This document shows, in pieces, positions 58,674 through 64,000 of a stretch of 64,000 nucleotides of DNA; position 1 is the stretch's first letter; each line of letters starts with the position of its first letter. This DNA comes from Mobula hypostoma (lineage: Eukaryota), in contig NC_086097.1 in the NCBI RefSeq assembly GCF_963921235.1, positions 61,692,001-61,756,000 of the forward strand, in the 5' to 3' direction. Under the pieces are notes generated by a model, which saw only the letters and a list, made by a program, of their open reading frames with translations, was not told where the DNA came from and searched no databases. Position numbers and translations under genes: made by a program.

Positions 58674-61204
58674 CAGTACTATCTGAGGGAAATAATGCTC
58701 ATCATGATTTTTGACAAGGTATACATCTCTAGAGTTAGAAAATATGTGATAGCATTGCACCAGTGGTAGCTTTCAACCTCTGTTGGTTCAAGTCACTGGC
58801 TATGTCGTTCACATGGTCTAAGAATGATTTGATCATCCCACTCCTCTCTGGAACGTTGTCCTCAACCCACGGTGTGAACTCTGCCCATGCAAGTCTCATC
58901 AGTGCTTCATAGATGTACTTACGGACCCTGACAGCATGATTGTAGTGTTTACCATCAAGGACTCCATTGATGGACTCCTCCACGACAATTCTAGCCTCCA
59001 TGCATACATCCTTTACACCAGCATCCCAAAATCACTTTCCTAGGATGGCTAAGCCATTACATATGGTATTGGATATCCCCATCCTGAGAAGAATGTTGGA
59101 GAAGCGCTCTTCGTACTTCCAGGCAATTTCAGTGGCTTTTGCATAGGGTGCTTGACCCATGACTACCACAATTGTTTCCAGATAAAGCTCCTTCCTGATT
59201 AGCTCTGATTGGTTCAAGATTTCAAATACTGTGGTCAACTGTGTGGCTGGTGAATAGATGATTGGCAGACACCCAACAATATCCTTCGAGATTGGTTCTT
59301 GGTACCTGGTGCTGATATTAAAATGAGTCCAGCTTGGGATTGTCTGATTCTCTGGATCTGTTTGCCTCACAAGTGTCCACACCAGGTTCTTCTTGTAGGC
59401 AAGAAGAGCAGCTTCCTTGGTTTCCTGGACACAGTGTTCCCTGGTGGGAAGAGGCTGTGGGTCCACACGTGCACCTGCTACATATACTTCCAGTTCTTGG
59501 TCCTCAATGGTGACTGATCTCTGCTTCAGTTTCTCAATGTGTGGAAGCTCAGCTCTTGGCAGATGTGGTCCATAGACATTGGCCTGTACCACTATGCCAT
59601 TGACTCTATGTGATGTACTCTTTCCAGTGAGAGTTTCCTCAAGTCTATCGATATTGTCCCATGCAAGATTGGTGAAGACATGAGGCTTGATGGAGCTGGA
59701 AGTACAACTCTTTGGTTGGAGGCTGTTGCTAGCTTTTGGAGACATAGAGCAGTGTTGTTCTCTTCAAGTCAGGAGTAAGACACACCATGCCCAAGCCTGC
59801 TCTGTGTTTGGTTGAGCTCAGTGTTACCCGTCAGTGTTTTTACCTCATTAAGAAGTAGAAGGTGCTTTGGTGGTTTACGTTGGCCACATGTCACACCATA
59901 TATTATGTCCTGACTAAATGACTGAACCAGAGCAGTGACTCTCTGTGTTTGAGTCTGGTGTCAGGATTTCCAGTGAGCAGTCCAACAAGAAGCTGCTCTA
60001 GTTGATCCGGTATGGAGGTGTGAGCACTATCCTTCACATCAGATAGATGGAATGGCCAGGGAGTCATGGTCATCTCCTGTCTAATGATTGATCTGATATG
60101 TGATAAAGTCTAATCTATGATCTTGTTGAAATTGGTTGCTTTGGCCCTCCAAAATTTGAGTTCCCTCTGTAAAGTTTGATTTTCCAAGACAACATTCCTT
60201 AATGATACACTGTCAGGAACCATTAACAATTTTCCTTTGTCATCTGGAAATATGTCTACTGAATTGCCCAGCTCAGATTCCAGTTTCCTATGAATGTGCT
60301 TCCTTGTAGAACCTTGCAGAAGTGTAACTCCACCTGATAGCATAAAAAATTCAAGCTTCATGAGCAAAGAAGTGACTTGTACAATCATCTTTTTGCGTAT
60401 GATATCAGTTCTGATATACTTGAAAAGGGCTTTACAGGCTTGCCTTTCAATCTTTTTATACAGTTTCTTACTGTCTGTCTCATCATCACTCTCTTTGCGC
60501 TTAGGTTGCTTTTTCTTGATTCTGCTATAATCCTTAGCATGAAACATGATAGCAGGCCTCTGCAGCAACTACGTCTCTGCTTGTTACTGCTAGAATCTTT
60601 TCATCTTCCTTTTGGGTTGCACATTCTCGTAGTGAACAGCTTGTGTAAGCTTTTCACGTGACTTGGACCTCTTCAGAAATTTCACCTTATTGCAAAAAAT
60701 GCAGATTTGATCATACACCCTTGCTTCTGATGGCAGTCTCCTACTTGACCTTTTTGATGTACAGGTATTCTCACCAGCTTCATCAGTAATGCTTTCCTTG
60801 GCTTTCCTTTTCAGAGTCTCTAAGTCTCTCTTCATGGTGAAGAGGCTTCGGCACTTTCTGTGATAATAGATTTTTGGGACTTCTTTTTCTCCAAGTTCTT
60901 TAGCAACGTCTAAAATAGGGGCGTAGTTTCTCACTTTGGCTGCTTCAAGTAACATTTTCCAGGATTCATAGTCTTGAGGACTAACTAAATGGTCATCATC
61001 TCCTTTTGATGTTTTCTGGTATATGATACACTGCTTCTTAATAGATTCTTTGTGCTTATGGCTCTCCATTCTGAAGCAAAGTGATGGAGCTACTCCACGC
61101 ACAGAAAGCTACCTCCGCTGCAATGCTATCATATATTTTCTAGCACTGGGGGTGTGCACCTTGCCAAAAATCACTATAATAATTATTCCCCCCAGATGGT
61201 ACTG
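58674..61204 (-). mobile_element. Internally deleted Academ-like DNA transposon with 101-bp TIRs
   Basis: TIRs 58674-58774 and 61104-61204 align without gaps (about 20 mismatches in 101) with CAGTAC...GTACTG ends. Flanks give a 2-bp GT or 3-bp TGG duplication. A transposase remnant lies inside. Confidence 0.8.
58735..61069 (-). pseudogene. Academ-like transposase N-terminal/catalytic portion, frameshifted and truncated
   Basis: ATG 61069; YYHRKCRS, CIFC, AAEACYHVSC, KPPKHLL, LGHGVSY, AWDNIDRLEETLTGKSTSH, IPSWTHFN, VVVMGQAPYAKA (DQ..Y-like), LLRMG, LDGKHYNHAVR. The reading frame runs straight into the left TIR. Confidence 0.72.
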
Positions 61205-63289
61205 GTGGCCCAAGTTTGGGGTCCTGGCTCATGGACTAGTGTCCCAGGCCCTACCACCTCGAATCTGCATTGCCTCTGCTCACCTTGCATCGGTTGTGCC
61301 GCATTAAATCACCTCCAAGTCTCTTCCAGCAATGGACAAACTTGGTTCATTCCCCACTCTCAGGCCTGAGCCAAGCACATTGACTGGGCCTGTAAATGCC
61401 ACATCGCAACCGTCCTGCGTCTTCAAGAACTTCAGTTTACACCGCAAAGATGCCCGGTCATATAGGCGATTCAAAAGCTCCTCTTCGCAAGGGAAGTTAC
61501 AGGTTATTGATTGTAGTGATCATTTACCAGGAAGAGTGCAGCTAATAAAGCAGATATTAGTGTTCTTTGTTTTGTTTGCTACAGGTAAGTAATCACTACG
61601 CTTCATTAGCGCCATCTTAAACTGGGAAAAAGCAATTGCTAAATGCAACTTTTGATATGTTATCTCTCAGTGGCAATAGCACACGTGTGCAGGATGTGTT
61701 CCGGTCATTCAAGGTCTACTGATATAATTGTTTGCTTCTCCCATTTCATCAGATATCCCACCAATGTTTTGCTGAAGTTGTAGTGAGGACTTGGAAAATT
61801 GATAGAAATTCTACACAAAACACAACCAATATAAGTTAACTATTGTGAATGTGTCAGATCTGAAGCATTTGAACTTGCTGACAACTCCTATAAATCAGTC
61901 AATATACATTCAGATGAATCAATGCCTTTTTTTCCTTTTGTGTCAATTTTGTGCTATATGTATTTTGTTTTCTTCTCTGCACTCTTGACTGGAAAGAGGC
62001 ATCCAGATGTACACTATAAACTAGATAAGTTGTACAAGGTATTTAGTTATGTGCATGATTGTTAGCTACTTCCGATTTTAGATGAATATTATTTAAATGC
62101 AAAGAAGTCTAGTAATTGTTTCAAGAGCATTGACTGAGCTTGATGGTTCAAATCAAAGAATCAGGCTGGACTTTCAAGAAGACTTATTAGCCTATTCTTG
62201 TTGCTATGGCAACTGAGATTGTGACTGAAGAACAACTGTCTTTCATTAAAAGTTAATCATGAAATGCCTCGTTCAGTATTTCTATGCATAGTTAGTTTAG
62301 GGAAAAAAAAGAGGTGGAGAAGATAATTCCAATTGACAGTTCTGCAAGATGCTCTGAGTGAAGAGAACATTCTTAAAAGTACAAACCAGCATAAAGATAG
62401 CTTAAAAAGAAAAATGACTTTGCTCCAGATAGTTGATTTCTATAGGAATATTATTATAACTGATGGGCATTGCTATGTTACATCATGTCTAAATAATTTC
62501 CATTGTAATAAAATTAACGTTGCTAAAAGAACCATTTGTGGGATGAAAGGCCCCACATTGGTAATAATCACTACTGGTTATTAACAACGATTTGATCTTT
62601 CTCCAACCTCACAAGAATATGGAGATCCTACACCACCACAACAGAGGTCAAACTTTTTAAATTTTATGTTTGTTTATGCAGAATAAAGCAGCAGAAAAGC
62701 CAAACCTCTCAACTTCTCAGCAGCAATCATTCAACTGGAATAACAATTGTGTCCTTCATGTGCATCAATTTGCTAAAAGGAAAAAAAGATCTCAAATTAC
62801 ACTCTAAATTGCAGCATCTATGCATCTTAATTCAATACATTAACGAATGAATAGACAGTGAACAGAAATTAATTCTTTGTCCAAAAAAGGATATTATATA
62901 GTCAAATAGATAAATAAATGGAGAAAGCTTTCTCTCTAATTGACAATTTAACATGTATACTACCGACATGTGAATTGATTGTTCACATTTACTAAGAAGA
63001 ACTCACCAAGCATATATTTTTAGATGGTAAAGCAAGTTGTTTGAAAAGCCAGAATAGTGATTTGCTTCGAAGCATTTGCAGTCTTTTGGATTCATGCACC
63101 ACTGAGCAGGAGCATCTGGATGAAGTTTAATCACCTCACAAGATTAACCAAGGATAAATGAAGGTGTTGTTCTCCATGCTTATCCTCCAAGCATGACAGT
63201 GACTTGTCTCTTTAGTGCTTTCTATAATAGCTAGTTCTTCAATGATCCATGGGACAAAAGTCATCCAAGTTTCCAATGTCAATGTATCG

Positions 63290-63490
63290 AAGAAGTAGCA
63301 AGTCATAAAGTCAGACTGCATGGAAAAAGACCCTTCAGCCCAACTTGTTCATGCTGACTGTGTCACCCAGTGAGCAAGTCCCATCAATTTGCCAAAAGTC
63401 CTCTAAACCTCTCCAATCCATATATTTACCTAGTTGGCTTTTAAATGTTGCTGATGTGCCTGCCTTAAACATTATCTCTGTCTGGCGGCC
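63290..63490 (-). mobile_element. CR1 3' tail fragment
   Basis: aagtcataaagtca...catggaaaaagacccttcagccca; minus strand AGTSATFKSQLGKYM. Confidence 0.7.
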
Positions 63491-63846
63491 TGATATTATA
63501 AATGAATCTACTATCCTAGTGAGAGTAGAATGTTTGCACAAAACCCGTTGCCCTTGGAGGAAACAGCCTTTGCTGGATTGGCATGGCCACCACCATCAAT
63601 TCCATGAAATGGGGCAGACCCTTTTGTGCATGATTAACAATTCTGTTGGTCAAAAGAAAATTACAGATTTGCTACTCTGTATCATTTTCTATTACAACAA
63701 AGCAAACTGTTCAAAAGTTAGTGGTTTTAGATAAGAAAAACAAGATTAAAGAATGATCAGGCTATGTGGTGTTTGTTTCTTCAAACTTGGAATACGTTAA
63801 GAAAAATTACAGTCTAGATTCAGATACACAATAGGAGATCAGAAGT

Positions 63847-64000
63847 TTGGAAAGGAGGGGACTTCAGTCAGGTCCACACCCCAAGGATAAAAGGCAGCAG
63901 TGGGTTGCAGCAGTGAAAAAGAGCTTTGACCAGACACCATTCGGCATCTGGGGCTGATTAGTAAGAGCAAATTAAAGGAAGGCAGGGACAAGCGCAGCAG
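63847..64000 (+). repeat. Second copy of the CR1 upstream/5' UTR region (runs off the window)
   Basis: Homologous to 46855-46995 (ccaaggataaaaggcagcag...gtaagagcaaattaaaggaaggcagggacaagc). Confidence 0.8.

Larger units (their letters stand above)
58030..61619 (-). mobile_element. Non-autonomous Rex1-tailed element split by the TIR transposon (58030-58672 and 61206-61619)
   Basis: Rex1-type tail tcaaagtacatttcttatcgaagtatgtatacgatatacaatctga at 58033, and a 5' end aagatggcgct at 61618-61608. Confidence 0.55.

Noticed and set aside
58649..61718. Alternative TAG...CTA termini for the Academ-like element (tagtctatga / tcaaggtcta)
   Set aside because: Only about 7/10 match and there is no TSD. 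The 101-bp TIR pair at 58674/61204 is far stronger.
1..64000. tRNA, rRNA or other structured host RNA genes
   Set aside because: None recognised; the only tRNA-related sequence is the PBS at 10708.

Overview
Repeat-dense eukaryotic (vertebrate) non-coding DNA with no recognisable host protein-coding gene. The repeat set (CR1 LINEs with an esterase ORF1, Rex1/Babar LINEs, Penelope-like elements, an HE1-type V-SINE) suggests a cartilaginous fish; this is an inference. Main contents: (1) a minus-strand Gypsy LTR retrotransposon (3775-8272, 5-bp TSD CTATC) with no tRNA primer site, which instead has a 15-nt PBS complementary to its own LTR (self-priming candidate) and a 20-bp microinversion at the 3' LTR/PPT junction; (2) a plus-strand Gypsy element (10099-17225, 4-bp TSD TATG) with an intact PNMA-like gag, a G-GGA-AAC -1 frameshift site plus pseudoknot and a broken pol, nested in a Tc1 remnant; (3) a Penelope element broken up by nested Rex1 and CR1 insertions (about 20.4-28.9 kb); (4) about 200-bp fold-back insertions built from the Penelope hammerhead-ribozyme terminal repeat, with 13-16 bp TSDs (one perfect 84-bp hairpin, and one whose junctions fall at the predicted ribozyme cleavage site); (5) several CR1 and Rex1 copies, solo LTRs and an R4/Dong endonuclease fragment; (6) an internally deleted Academ-like DNA transposon with 101-bp TIRs (58674-61204). 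Boundaries of old, degenerate repeats are approximate. Family names come from recalled motifs, not database searches.
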